NCBI GenBank assembly: GCA_013816405.1
Contig: JACDEL010000002.1
Span: 6,220-70,219 of the forward strand
Direction of reading: 5' to 3'
Length of the DNA: 64,000 bases
Source: Chloroflexota bacterium
Lineage (GTDB): Bacteria; Chloroflexota; Limnocylindria; QHBO01
Part shown: positions 48,097-59,566 of the stretch, piece by piece
Layout: each line of letters starts with the position of its first letter
Numbering within the stretch: the first letter of the stretch is position 1
The notes under the pieces: generated by a model
Told to the model about the DNA's origin: nothing
The model's database searches: none
Seen by the model: only the letters and a program-made list of their open reading frames with translations
Position numbers and translations under genes: made by a program

Positions 48097-48118
48097 GCAA
48101 CTGGTTCGGTTGCCCGGC

Positions 48119-48826
48119 GTGAAGAGGCGCATCCTGGTGGTGGAGGACGATCGCACGCTGCGTCAGGCGCTCGTCTTCAACCTCGAGCGAGAAGGCTACG
48201 AGGTCCGCAGCGCGGTCGACGGCGAGCAGGCACTGGACGCGGCGCGTGACGGAGGGGTCGACCTGATGCTGCTCGACCTGATGCTCCCCGGCATGAGCGG
48301 CCTCGAGGTGCTGCGGACGATGCGCGGCGACGGTATCGATACGCCAGTCGTGATCCTGTCAGCGAAGGGAGGGGAGATCGACCGGGTGGTTGGACTCAAG
48401 GTTGGAGCCGATGATTACATCCCCAAGCCATTCAGCCGCCCAGAGCTCCTCGCCCGGGTCGAATCCGTCCTGCGCCGCCAGCGCCGATCCGAGGCGGGTG
48501 AGGCCCAGCGGCTCGCCGAGGTCCGCAGCGGCGCACTCATGATCGATCTCGGCCGGCACCTGGCAACCTTCGACGGCGCGCCCCTGCGCCTGACGACCAA
48601 GGAGTTCGAGCTCCTCTCCCACCTGGCGGCACATCCCGGTCGCATATTCACCCGCGACCAGCTGCTGACCCGCATCTGGCCATACGACTTCGGGGGTGAC
48701 AGCCGGACCGTCGATGTGCACGTCAGCTGGCTGCGCTCGAAGCTGCGCGCGCTCGACGGGCACAACTACTTCCGGACCGTGCGCGGGGTCGGCTACGCCT
48801 TTTCGCCACGCCCAGATGTCGACTGA
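48119..48826 (+). CDS. phoB: OmpR/PhoB-family response regulator
   Basis: LLDLMLP, GADDYIPKPF, RTVDVHV, TVRGVGY; lies in the pst operon. Confidence 0.88.
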   Translation: MKRRILVVEDDRTLRQALVFNLEREGYEVRSAVDGEQALDAARDGGVDLMLLDLMLPGMSGLEVLRTMRGDGIDTPVVILSAKGGEIDRVVGLKVGADDYIPKPFSRPELLARVESVLRRQRRSEAGEAQRLAEVRSGALMIDLGRHLATFDGAPLRLTTKEFELLSHLAAHPGRIFTRDQLLTRIWPYDFGGDSRTVDVHVSWLRSKLRALDGHNYFRTVRGVGYAFSPRPDVD

Positions 48827-49883
48827 TCCGCTGGACGCGGCCGCATTCGCGGCGCTCCTCGAGCGCACCGCCGGCGACATCCTCCTGATCATCGACGACC
48901 AGCTGCGCATCACGCGGGCCGGCGCCGGTGCTGCCGTGCTTACTCAGCGCCCCGCGGGGGAGCTGATCGGCATGAGCCTGATCGCCGCTTTCGGGTCGGC
49001 GCCCCTGGATGCCCTGGCACGACGGGCGGCAAGCGAGCGCTCCCCGTCGCTTGGCGAGGCTGACCTGGGACCGCGCGGCGGACGGGCATTCGCCGTCGAC
49101 GCCGTCCCGCTCACCGGAGGAGAGCTGGTGCTGGCGCTGCACGAGATCACCGCCCTGCGCAGGGCGGAGCGCGTGCGCCGCGACTTCGTGACCAACATCA
49201 GCCACGAGCTCCGCACGCCGCTGGCCTCCGTCAAGCTAATGGCCGAGACGCTGTCCGCCGGCGCGGTCGAGGACGCGGCCACCGCGGGCCAGTTCGCCGT
49301 CCAGATCGAGCGGGAGGTGGATCACCTGGCGCAACTCGTGGCGGAGCTGCTCGACCTGTCCATGATCGAGTCTGGCGAGACCACGCTACGGCTCGAGCCG
49401 GTCGACCCGACCACGGTGATCGCCGACGTGGCCGAGCGAATCGGGCCGGTCGCCGCACGGAGAGGGATCGCCGTCCAGCTCCTCCCCGAGCCTGAAGGGG
49501 TGGAGGCCCGGGTCAGCGCCGACGCGGGCCGATTGGGCCAGGCGCTCCTCAACCTTGCCCACAACGCGGTCAAGTACAACCGGCCGGGCGGCGAGGTGCG
49601 GCTGGGCTGGGAGTCATCCGCGGGCGGAGTGCGGTTCACCGTCGCCGACGACGGGATCGGGATCTCCGAGCCGCACCAGCAGCGGATCTTCGAGCGCTTC
49701 TACAAGGTCGACCGTTCCCGGGCGCAGGAGTCCGACGACGCGACGGGTGGGGGCAGTGCCGGACTGGGGCTCGCCATTGTGCGGCACATCGCCGAGGCGC
49801 ACGGTGGCTCGGTTGGCGTGCGAAGCGTCGAGCGAGAGGGCTCGGTCTTCTGGGTCGAGCTGCCGCTCGCAGGACCCGCCTGA
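48816..49883 (+). CDS. phoR: PhoR-like sensor kinase (PAS-HisKA-HATPase, no TM)
   Basis: RRDFVTNISHELRTP, NAVKY, IFERFYKVDRSR, GLGLAIV. Confidence 0.88.
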   Translation: MSTDPLDAAAFAALLERTAGDILLIIDDQLRITRAGAGAAVLTQRPAGELIGMSLIAAFGSAPLDALARRAASERSPSLGEADLGPRGGRAFAVDAVPLTGGELVLALHEITALRRAERVRRDFVTNISHELRTPLASVKLMAETLSAGAVEDAATAGQFAVQIEREVDHLAQLVAELLDLSMIESGETTLRLEPVDPTTVIADVAERIGPVAARRGIAVQLLPEPEGVEARVSADAGRLGQALLNLAHNAVKYNRPGGEVRLGWESSAGGVRFTVADDGIGISEPHQQRIFERFYKVDRSRAQESDDATGGGSAGLGLAIVRHIAEAHGGSVGVRSVEREGSVFWVELPLAGPA

Positions 49884-49902
49884 TATAGTTGTCGGGTCAA
49901 CC

Positions 49903-50361
49903 ATGAGCACCCAGCACGCGATCCCTGGACCCCGCGACCCACGCCTCGAGACGTGGCGGTCGTTCCTGGTCGCGCATGCCCAGATTCGCCGCCAGCTCGA
50001 ACGGGAGCTGCAGGCTGAGCAATCGCTTGGCCTGGGCGAGTACGAAGTGCTGCTGCTCCTTGCACGCGCCGATGACCGCCAGCTGCGCATGAGCGAGCTC
50101 GCGGATCGGCTAGTGCTCTCGCGCAGCGGCGTGACGCGCCTGGTCGACCGACTGGAGGCGGATTCATTGGTCGAGCGCACCTCGTGCGCCACCGACCGGC
50201 GCGGCTCGTGGGCGACCCTGACCGACGCCGGGCACCAGCGGCTGCGACGCGCCTCTCCCACTCACCTCCGCGGAGTGGGAGCACATTTCCTCGACCGCAT
50301 CCCGCGTGCCGAGCTCGACGCCCTGCAGCGCACGCTCGACCGCGTCCTCGACGAGGCTTAG
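49903..50361 (+). CDS. MarR-family regulator
   Basis: YEVLLLL, LSRSGVTRLVDRLE, DRRG. Confidence 0.92.
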   Translation: MSTQHAIPGPRDPRLETWRSFLVAHAQIRRQLERELQAEQSLGLGEYEVLLLLARADDRQLRMSELADRLVLSRSGVTRLVDRLEADSLVERTSCATDRRGSWATLTDAGHQRLRRASPTHLRGVGAHFLDRIPRAELDALQRTLDRVLDEA

Positions 50362-51260
50362 CCCCCCGGCGCCGCGCTTGCTCCCAGCAGCTCCCCGGCG
50401 GCCTCCGCTCGCAGGCTGCTGACCATCGACGCGCGACCGTCGCCAGGCGCCAGCTGCAGGAACCGATCGAACTGGCGCACCGCCGTCGCATTGTCACCCC
50501 GTCGGAAGGCGATCACCCCAAGGTAGAACGGGATGTCCGGCTCATCGGGGCTGGCGATGGTGGCGTATGAATCGGTCGCCGCCTGAGCGTCGTCGTAGTG
50601 GGCCGTCACTAGGTACGCGTTGATCAGGCGCCGATATGCCGAATGGTTCTCAGGCTGCAGGGCAAGCAGGATCTGGAGCGCGACTGCCGCTCGCTGCAGA
50701 TCGTCCGACGAGTCACCCGCCAGGTAGGCATCGGCCAGGTCGGAGACCACCTTTGTGTCCTGCGGGTTCGCGGCGAACAGGTCCAGCAGCCGCTGGACCT
50801 CGGCCTGACGATCCGCCTCCTGCGCTCTGGCGTCGGCAAGCGCCTGGTTCACAACCGTGCGCTGGGACAGGCCGATGGAGCCGGGCAGGGCGAAGCCGAC
50901 CAGCAGGGCAAGCGCAATCAGCGCCCCGAGTCCCACGATCATTCCCCTGCCGTGCCGCTGCGGCACTGCGCTAGGCGAGGTTTCGACCGGCGTTGACTTG
51001 AGCGTTTCCGCCGCCCGCGCCTCGGCCTCGGCGCGCTCCCGCTCATACGATGCATCATCCAGCGATCCAGCCCGACGGTCCGCCTCAACGTCGAGCAACG
51101 CGTCCAGGGCGACCTGGTGGCGCAGCGCATGGCCCTCGGCCTCCGCCCGCGTGTCGAAGGTGACCGTCTGCGGGCCTGAACGCAGCAGTGGCCAGGCGAT
51201 GGCGGCCGCCACGGCCAGCCCAATCGCCGCCAGGAGGGCCCACTGCGCGAGGTCAGACAT
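50358..51260 (-). CDS. ccmI: Cytochrome c biogenesis TPR protein CcmI
   Basis: TM-WPLLR, DVEADRRAGSLD, second TM helix, TPRs. Confidence 0.8.
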   Translation of the reverse strand: MSDLAQWALLAAIGLAVAAAIAWPLLRSGPQTVTFDTRAEAEGHALRHQVALDALLDVEADRRAGSLDDASYERERAEAEARAAETLKSTPVETSPSAVPQRHGRGMIVGLGALIALALLVGFALPGSIGLSQRTVVNQALADARAQEADRQAEVQRLLDLFAANPQDTKVVSDLADAYLAGDSSDDLQRAAVALQILLALQPENHSAYRRLINAYLVTAHYDDAQAATDSYATIASPDEPDIPFYLGVIAFRRGDNATAVRQFDRFLQLAPGDGRASMVSSLRAEAAGELLGASAAPGG

Positions 51261-51714
51261 CGAGGCGCTCGACCTCGTCGCGGACCTGCTCACGGAGGCC
51301 CGGACCGGGGGCCGGCAGCGCGGACGCGACGGCCACTCCGCCTCGTCGCCACCACCAGGCGAAGACACCAACCCCCACCAGGATTGCCACGACCGGGACC
51401 CACCAGACGAATGGCGAAGTGGGCACCAGCAGGATCCAGTCCCCATATCGGGCCACGAAATAAGCGCGAACCTGTTCCGGCGTCCGGCCGGCATCCAGCT
51501 GCTCGACGATCTGGCGTCGAATGTTGGCGGCCGCGGCGGTCTGCGACTCGGCCACCGAGAGCGCCTGGCAGTCCGGGCAGCGCAGCTCCCGGGCCAGCTG
51601 CTGAGCCTGCTGGGCCTGGGTGGGCGCAGCGGCAGGCCGAACCAGTTCGAGCAGTACCACCCCGCCCAGAGCCAGCAGAGCAGCAATGGCCACCGGGAGC
51701 GCAAGGCGCCTCAT
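51253..51714 (-). CDS. ccmH: Cytochrome c biogenesis protein CcmH
   Basis: LRCPDCQ, YFVARYGDWIL. Confidence 0.92.
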   Translation of the reverse strand: MRRLALPVAIAALLALGGVVLLELVRPAAAPTQAQQAQQLARELRCPDCQALSVAESQTAAAANIRRQIVEQLDAGRTPEQVRAYFVARYGDWILLVPTSPFVWWVPVVAILVGVGVFAWWWRRGGVAVASALPAPGPGLREQVRDEVERLDV

Positions 51715-52244
51715 GGCTCTATCCCCAGCGCTGCAAGCTCCTCGGCGACCACGGCGGCGGTGAGCGGACCGACGTGGCGAGCAACCACGATCCCCTGCGA
51801 ATTCACGAAGAAGGTCTCCGGTGGACCGGTCACGCCGTAGTCGATCGAGACGCCGCCATCGGCGTTGAGGAGATTCGGCCAACTCACCTGTCCGTAGCGA
51901 GCCAGGAAGGCGCGGGCACCATCGGTGGTGTCATTGACCAACACCCCGACCATCTGCAGCTCCCCGACGTGGCGCGCGGCAAGATCCAGCAGGACCGGGT
52001 GCTCGTCCACGCACGAGGGAATGCAATAGCTGGCCCAGAAGTTGACGATCGCCGGCTTGCCGGCCAGCTCCGCTGACGAGAACTGGCCCCCTGCCAGGGT
52101 CGTCCCTGCAAAGGCGGGCATCGGCTTGCCGACCAGCGGAGACGGGATGAGCCGCGGGTCGTGCCCCAGCCCCGTGAACAGGAGCCAGCCGACCGGCACC
52201 ACCAGCAGTGGCACGAGGAGCCAGCGAAGCCAGCGGGTTCGCAT
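51711..52244 (-). CDS. ccmG: CcmG/DsbE thiol-disulfide oxidoreductase (CxxxC variant)
   Basis: PSPLVGKP, NFWASYCIPSC, YGVTGPPETF. Confidence 0.88.
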   Translation of the reverse strand: MRTRWLRWLLVPLLVVPVGWLLFTGLGHDPRLIPSPLVGKPMPAFAGTTLAGGQFSSAELAGKPAIVNFWASYCIPSCVDEHPVLLDLAARHVGELQMVGVLVNDTTDGARAFLARYGQVSWPNLLNADGGVSIDYGVTGPPETFFVNSQGIVVARHVGPLTAAVVAEELAALGIEP

Positions 52245-52247
52245 CGG

Positions 52248-54223
<1,976 letters not shown>

Positions 54224-54227
<4 letters not shown>

Positions 54228-54685
54228 GAGCCGGGGTCGAAGGCCCGGGTCGGCAGCCCGCCCTGGGACGGGGCGACGTAGTTCTCGTCGTGCTTGACAA
54301 TCACCTGGGATGCCTCGAAGACGCCATCGGCACCAAGCTCGCCCTCCACGACAGCCCCGATCCCCTCGCGGAACGATCGGGTCGGAGCGGTGGCCGCATG
54401 CACCGAGATCTCAGTGGTGCCATCGGTCAGGACGAAGGTCAGCTCAGGCGCCTCACCGGAGATGGTCCCGACCTTCACCAGGCCGCCGAGCCGCTCCGTC
54501 TTGCCCACCTCGGCCGGCCCGCGCGCCAGCAGCTCCGTCGGAGTCAGGTAGTAGACGAGCGCGTTGCCAACGCTGCTGAAGGCCAGGTAGGCGATCACGG
54601 CGACCACGATGGCCACGCCAATCAGGAGGCCCCATCGACGGCCACGCGGCGGCAGGGGCGGCAGGACCGGCCTAGCCAGGGTCAT
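54224..54685 (-). CDS. ccmE: Haem chaperone CcmE
   Basis: YYLTPTE, RLGGLV, FREG, KHDENY. Confidence 0.95.
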
Positions 54686-54819
54686 TCAGGAAGGTCGACG
54701 TTGTTGCGCCGCACTGTGTCGCGGGCGATGCGCAGCCGGCGCGCCAGAAGCGCGGCGTACAGGCCCATCCCGCCCAGGATCACTCCATAGGCAGCGAGCA
54801 CGAATCCGGCACTGGTCAT
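54682..54819 (-). CDS. ccmD: CcmD
   Basis: 45-aa TM peptide FVLAAYGV between ccmC and ccmE. Confidence 0.75.
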   Translation of the reverse strand: MTSAGFVLAAYGVILGGMGLYAALLARRLRIARDTVRRNNVDLPE

Positions 54820-55553
54820 CTCGCCGGCTCCTCGGCGGCTGCGGCGCCGGGGAGCGCCAGGCGGGCAGTCTGGACAAGGCCGCGGCGGGCATCCTCTTCC
54901 AGCTGCCATTCGAGGCGCGCCAGCTGGTAGCGCCGGATGAGGAGATAGGCCCAGACCAGCGTGAACGCGGCGAGCATGGCCAGCAGCGCCAGCACGAACT
55001 GGAGCGGGGCGCTGGGATTGAGGATCTTCGACGGGTCGCCGATGGTCGGCCCCTGGTGCAGGCCGCGCCACCACAGGACGCTGAAGTGCACGATCGGGAT
55101 GTCGACCGCCGCAATGAGCCCCACCACCGCGGCGCGCGCTGCACGGCGAGCGGGGTCATCGGTCAGCCGGCGCAGGAGGAGGTAGCCGATGTACAGCGCC
55201 AGCAACAGCGCGGTCGTGGTCAGGCGCGGATCCTCCCACTGCCAATAGACGCCCCACACTGGCCGGCCCCACATCATCCCGCCCCAGATGGCGAAGGCGG
55301 TGAACATAACCCCGACTTCGGCACCGGCCAGCGCCAGCGCGTCGAGGCGGAGGTCGCGCCGGATGAGGTAGCCAAGCCCGGCCAGCGCGGTCACGCCGAA
55401 CGAGGCATAGGCAATCCAGGCCGATGCAACATGCACATACATGATTCGCTGGGCGTCGCCCTGATTGAGGTCGGCGGGCACGACGAACAGCCCGTTGACC
55501 GCTGCCCCGATGACAGCCGCCAGCGCCACGAACCCCAGGATGCGGGTCTTCAT
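54816..55553 (-). CDS. ccmC: Haem exporter CcmC
   Basis: RIMYVHV, WGRPVWGVYWQWEDPRLT, WWRGLHQ. Confidence 0.95.
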   Translation of the reverse strand: MKTRILGFVALAAVIGAAVNGLFVVPADLNQGDAQRIMYVHVASAWIAYASFGVTALAGLGYLIRRDLRLDALALAGAEVGVMFTAFAIWGGMMWGRPVWGVYWQWEDPRLTTTALLLALYIGYLLLRRLTDDPARRAARAAVVGLIAAVDIPIVHFSVLWWRGLHQGPTIGDPSKILNPSAPLQFVLALLAMLAAFTLVWAYLLIRRYQLARLEWQLEEDARRGLVQTARLALPGAAAAEEPAR

Positions 55554-56242
55554 CAGTCCTCCAGCAGGAAGCCGTACGTGCCGGCCCCGACCACCAGCAT
55601 GATGACGTCGAACGCGACGAGCAGCTGGAGCCACGATCCCAGCTCCCCGAGCGGATCGCCGCTTAACGACGCGGCCGTAGCCTTCACGGCGGCAAGGAGG
55701 AGCGGCGCGACGACCGGCAGCATCAGGAGCGGCAGCATCACCTCGCGCGCGCGCATCCGCACCGTCAGTCCCGCGTACGCCGTGCCGATCGCCGCGAAGC
55801 CGATGGCGCCCAGCGCGACCGCAATGAGAAGCGGCAGCCAGGCTGTCCCGATCGGGATCGCATACAGGATCGCGACGATCGGCAGCAGGAGGCCCCCGAG
55901 TACTAGCATCACAGCCGCCCCGGCCAGGGCCTTGCCGGCGTAGATCGCGCGACGGTCGACGGGGTAAAGGGCGAGCTGCTCGAACGCCCCGTCATCGGCC
56001 TCGAGCTGGTGCAGGCGCGCCATGGTGAGCAGACCGCCGAAGACGATCGCCAGCCAGAGGAGGCCGGGCGCCGCTTCGGCGAGGCGCCGTGAATCAGGGC
56101 CGAGCGCGAAGCCGAAGAGGAGGAGCACCAATGCGGCGAAGAAGAGGGTCGAGCCTGCGGCCTGCCTGCCGCGCAGCTCGGAAATGGCGTCCTTGCGGGC
56201 AATCGCCATCGCCACCGCCAGGCCCTGCCGCAGGCCGTTCAT
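55553..56242 (-). CDS. ccmB: Haem exporter CcmB
   Basis: KDAISELR, PGLLW, REVMLPLLMLP. Confidence 0.93.
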   Translation of the reverse strand: MNGLRQGLAVAMAIARKDAISELRGRQAAGSTLFFAALVLLLFGFALGPDSRRLAEAAPGLLWLAIVFGGLLTMARLHQLEADDGAFEQLALYPVDRRAIYAGKALAGAAVMLVLGGLLLPIVAILYAIPIGTAWLPLLIAVALGAIGFAAIGTAYAGLTVRMRAREVMLPLLMLPVVAPLLLAAVKATAASLSGDPLGELGSWLQLLVAFDVIMLVVGAGTYGFLLED

Positions 56243-57018
56243 CGGTCCATCCTGGCGACGGCCACGCGTGGTCGCTGCCTGGCGCCGACCGGCCCCGCGC
56301 TGGCTCCAGCACCGCTCACCTCCGCCAGCAGCCCGCCCTCCAGTCGGACCGTGGCGTCAGCCATGCTGGACACGCGTTCAGCCTGGTGCGAGGCGACCAT
56401 GACGGTCACCCCCGCCTCCTTCCAGAGGCCGATGAGCCGATCCACGAGGGCCATCCCATCCCCGTCGAGGGCGGCGTGCGGCTCGTCGAGGAGGAGCAGC
56501 GACGGGCGCGCCACGAGGACGCGGGCCAGCGCGAGGCGCTTGCGCATCCCGGCCGAGAAGGTGCACACGCGTTGACCTGCATGGCCATCCAGCCCGACCG
56601 TTGCCAGGGCTTCGCGAGACACCTCGCCGCCTTCCCGCTCGCCCCAGCCGAACATGGTGGCCGCGAAGCGGAGGTTCTCCTCTGCGGTCAGGTCGTCGTA
56701 GTGCGCGGTGGCGTGCGATAGATAGACGGCACGTCCACGCACAAGCTCCGGCTCGCGGAGGGCATCGATGCCGTCGATTGCGAGGGTGCCGTACGACGGG
56801 CGGATGGCCGTGGCGAGGATCCGGAGCAGGGTCGTCTTGCCCGCCCCATTCGGTCCCAGGAGCGCGACGGTTCGACCGATCTCGACCGTCAACGAAACCC
56901 CGGCGAGCGCGGCGCTGCGACCAAAGAGGCGCGCCAGCTCGACGGTGGCAACCGCCGGAGGGATGGTCCCGAGCGTCCCGGCGAGCCGGGGCGCGACGTA
57001 GATGGTGGTCTGCGGCAT
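56239..57018 (-). CDS. ccmA: Haem ABC exporter ATPase CcmA
   Basis: GPNGAGKTT, FSAGMRKR, LLDEPHAALD. Confidence 0.92.
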   Translation of the reverse strand: MPQTTIYVAPRLAGTLGTIPPAVATVELARLFGRSAALAGVSLTVEIGRTVALLGPNGAGKTTLLRILATAIRPSYGTLAIDGIDALREPELVRGRAVYLSHATAHYDDLTAEENLRFAATMFGWGEREGGEVSREALATVGLDGHAGQRVCTFSAGMRKRLALARVLVARPSLLLLDEPHAALDGDGMALVDRLIGLWKEAGVTVMVASHQAERVSSMADATVRLEGGLLAEVSGAGASAGPVGARQRPRVAVARMDR

Positions 57019-57116
57019 GCTCGACGGCGGGGGCGGATGATGGATGGAGGCTGAGTGTGCGGCCCGGGATAATGGGCGTCAACTCGGGCGACCCCGAAAA
57101 TGGGCGATCATGAGGG

Positions 57117-57998
57117 ATGCTTCGCGAGCCGGACCTCGGAACAATCCTCTCGTCCTGGTCCGCCGACCCGATGCCGTGGATCGGGATCATCTTGGCGACG
57201 GCTCTTTACCTGGCCGCGGTGCGGATCGTCGATCGAGCTCACCCGGCGACCCGGGTGCCGAGATGGCGCATCGGCGCATGGCTGGCGGGCGTGGCCACGA
57301 TCGCGCTTGCCCTGGTCTCGGCGGTCGACATCTATGCCGAAAGCCTCTTCGCGGTGCACATGTTCCAGCACCTCCTGCTGGCAATGGTTGCCCCTCCGCT
57401 CCTGGCGCTCGGTGCGCCGATGACGCTCGCCCTGCGGGCCGCGAGCGCCAACCTCCGCCGCTCAATTCTTGTCCCCATCCTCCACTCCGGGCCAGTGCGG
57501 GCGATCTCGTTGCCCCCGGTCGGCTGGACCGTGTTCGCCGTCGTCATGTGGCTCACCCATTTCAGCCCGCTCTTCAATGCCGCCCTCGAGAACGAAGCGC
57601 TACATTCGGCCGAGCACCTGCTCTACCTGGTGGCGGGCGTGCTCTTCTGGTGGCCGGTGATCGGGGCCGACCCGATGCGATGGCGACTGAGCCCAATCGG
57701 GCGGATGGTCTACCTTGTCGCGCAGATGCCGATCAACACCGCGGTGGGGCTCGCGATCTACTTCGCGCCGGCCATCCTGTACCCTCATTACGCGTCCCTC
57801 GGCAGGACCTGGGGACCCGATCCGCTCACCGACCAGCAGCTCGCCGGCATCGTCATGTGGGGAATCGGGGACGTGATCCTGCTGGGCGCGCTGGTTCTCG
57901 CCATCGAAGCCTGGCTGAGGGCCGATGAGAAGCGCAGTCGCAGGACCCGGGAGCGAGCCGTCCAAGATGTGGAGCGAGCGTCAGTTGAAGGCAGCTAG
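57117..57998 (+). CDS. ctaG: Cytochrome c oxidase assembly factor (Caa3_CtaG)
   Basis: HMFQHLLL, WLTH, EHLLY, FWWPV, DQQLAGIVMW. Confidence 0.92.
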   Translation: MLREPDLGTILSSWSADPMPWIGIILATALYLAAVRIVDRAHPATRVPRWRIGAWLAGVATIALALVSAVDIYAESLFAVHMFQHLLLAMVAPPLLALGAPMTLALRAASANLRRSILVPILHSGPVRAISLPPVGWTVFAVVMWLTHFSPLFNAALENEALHSAEHLLYLVAGVLFWWPVIGADPMRWRLSPIGRMVYLVAQMPINTAVGLAIYFAPAILYPHYASLGRTWGPDPLTDQQLAGIVMWGIGDVILLGALVLAIEAWLRADEKRSRRTRERAVQDVERASVEGS

Positions 57999-58938
57999 CC
58001 GTCGTGGCTGGGCATGCGTCGCCGCCATCGGTCTCCTCCTGGTCGCCTGTTCGGGTCCGGCTGCCAGCGTCGCGCCTTCGGACGCTGGGCAATACCCGGG
58101 TTGGCCGGGAAGCGGCACCGTGGTCGCCAACGGCGACTTCATTCCGGTCATCGTCTCGGCCGAGGTCGGCACCGGCCACAGCCGCCTGATGATCACGCTG
58201 CAGGACGATGCCGGCCGTTCGCTCGCTGCTCCGGCAGTCACGGTTCAGGAGCGATTCTTCGACCTTGCCGCCAGCACCGACACGCCGGTCAGCCAGGTCG
58301 ACGGCACCTTCCGCTGGCTCATTCCGGACACAAAGGCGATCTACACCTCCTCCGCCGATTTCGCCCGTGCCGGCGAGTGGGGAATCGAGGTCATCGGCCA
58401 GGAGGCAGGCAAGCCGGATCGAACGGCTCGCGCGACCTTCTCAGTGCGCGAGAAGACGGATACGCCGGCGATCGGTGCGGACGCGCCCCCTTCCGACACG
58501 CTGACCGCGACCGATCCGACGGCAATTGCAGCGATCTCGACCGACACGGCACCTGATCCCGCCTTCTACGGCCTCTCGGTCAAGGGCGCCATCGCGACCG
58601 ACAAGCCATTCGTGCTCGTCTTCGCCACGCCGCTCTTCTGTACCAGCGGAACGTGCGGCCCGGCGCTCGACCTCGTCAAGCAGGTTGCGCCGGACTACGC
58701 CGGCCGGGTGACCTTTATCCACGTCGAGCCTTACCTGCTCCAGGTGATCGATGGGCGAACCCAGCCGAAGCTCGACGCACTCGGCCATCCGCAACCGGTC
58801 AGGGCCGCCGTGGAGTGGGGCCTTCCGACCGAGCCGTACGTATTCGTGGTGGACGCGCAGGGCAAGGTCGCCGCCAAGTTCGAGGGGATGGCCTACCCCG
58901 ATGAGCTGACAGCCGCCCTGGACGCCGCCCTCCCCTGA
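57985..58938 (+). CDS. Lipoprotein with Ig-like region and thioredoxin-like CxxxxC domain
   Basis: Lipobox LVAC; FATPLFCTSGTCGP, FIHVEPY, WGLPTEP; start uncertain. Confidence 0.75.
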   Translation: MKAASRRGWACVAAIGLLLVACSGPAASVAPSDAGQYPGWPGSGTVVANGDFIPVIVSAEVGTGHSRLMITLQDDAGRSLAAPAVTVQERFFDLAASTDTPVSQVDGTFRWLIPDTKAIYTSSADFARAGEWGIEVIGQEAGKPDRTARATFSVREKTDTPAIGADAPPSDTLTATDPTAIAAISTDTAPDPAFYGLSVKGAIATDKPFVLVFATPLFCTSGTCGPALDLVKQVAPDYAGRVTFIHVEPYLLQVIDGRTQPKLDALGHPQPVRAAVEWGLPTEPYVFVVDAQGKVAAKFEGMAYPDELTAALDAALP

Positions 58939-58948
58939 GTCGGGCCGG

Positions 58949-59566
58949 CTACAGCACGTACAGCGTCGAGAAGAGGATCACCCACACCACGTCGACGAAG
59001 TGCCAGTAATAGCTGGCCGCCTCGACCGCCGTGTGGTGCTCAGCCGAGATGAGCCCGTGGCGTGCCCGCGTGGCGACGATCGCGATGAAGCCCAGGCCGG
59101 CCAGGACATGGGCGCCATGGAAACCGGTCAGCGTGTAGAAGGTAGACCCGAACACCCCTGCATCCAGCCCGAAGCCGTTGGTCGCGAACTCGTAGCCCTG
59201 GACCAGGATGAAGATGCTGCCCAGCAGGAGTGTCACGCGCAGCGCCCGGCGCATGGTCGCCACCTCGCCGCGCCCGATCGCGCGGACGGCCCACTGCATT
59301 GTTACGCTGCTGGACACGAGCAGGAGCGTGTTCAGCCCCGGCAGGAGCAGCTCCGGCCGCTCGTGGCCCTCCGGCGGCCACCCGCCACTCTCCGAGCGGA
59401 TCACGAAGTAGGCCGCGAACAGGGCGCCGAAGAGCATCACCTCCGACAGGATCCCGAGCTTGACGCCGAGCAGCATGTTGCTGCGGCTGGCGGCGGGGTC
59501 CTCCTCGCCGAAGCCCATGTGGTCGTCATGCGCGCCCCCAGGAGCCGATCCCGCGTGAACGCTCAT
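58949..59566 (-). CDS. ctaE: Cytochrome c oxidase subunit III
   Basis: SEVMLFGALF, NTLLLVSSS, TGFHGAHV, YWHFVDVVW. Confidence 0.95.
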   Translation of the reverse strand: MSVHAGSAPGGAHDDHMGFGEEDPAASRSNMLLGVKLGILSEVMLFGALFAAYFVIRSESGGWPPEGHERPELLLPGLNTLLLVSSSVTMQWAVRAIGRGEVATMRRALRVTLLLGSIFILVQGYEFATNGFGLDAGVFGSTFYTLTGFHGAHVLAGLGFIAIVATRARHGLISAEHHTAVEAASYYWHFVDVVWVILFSTLYVL

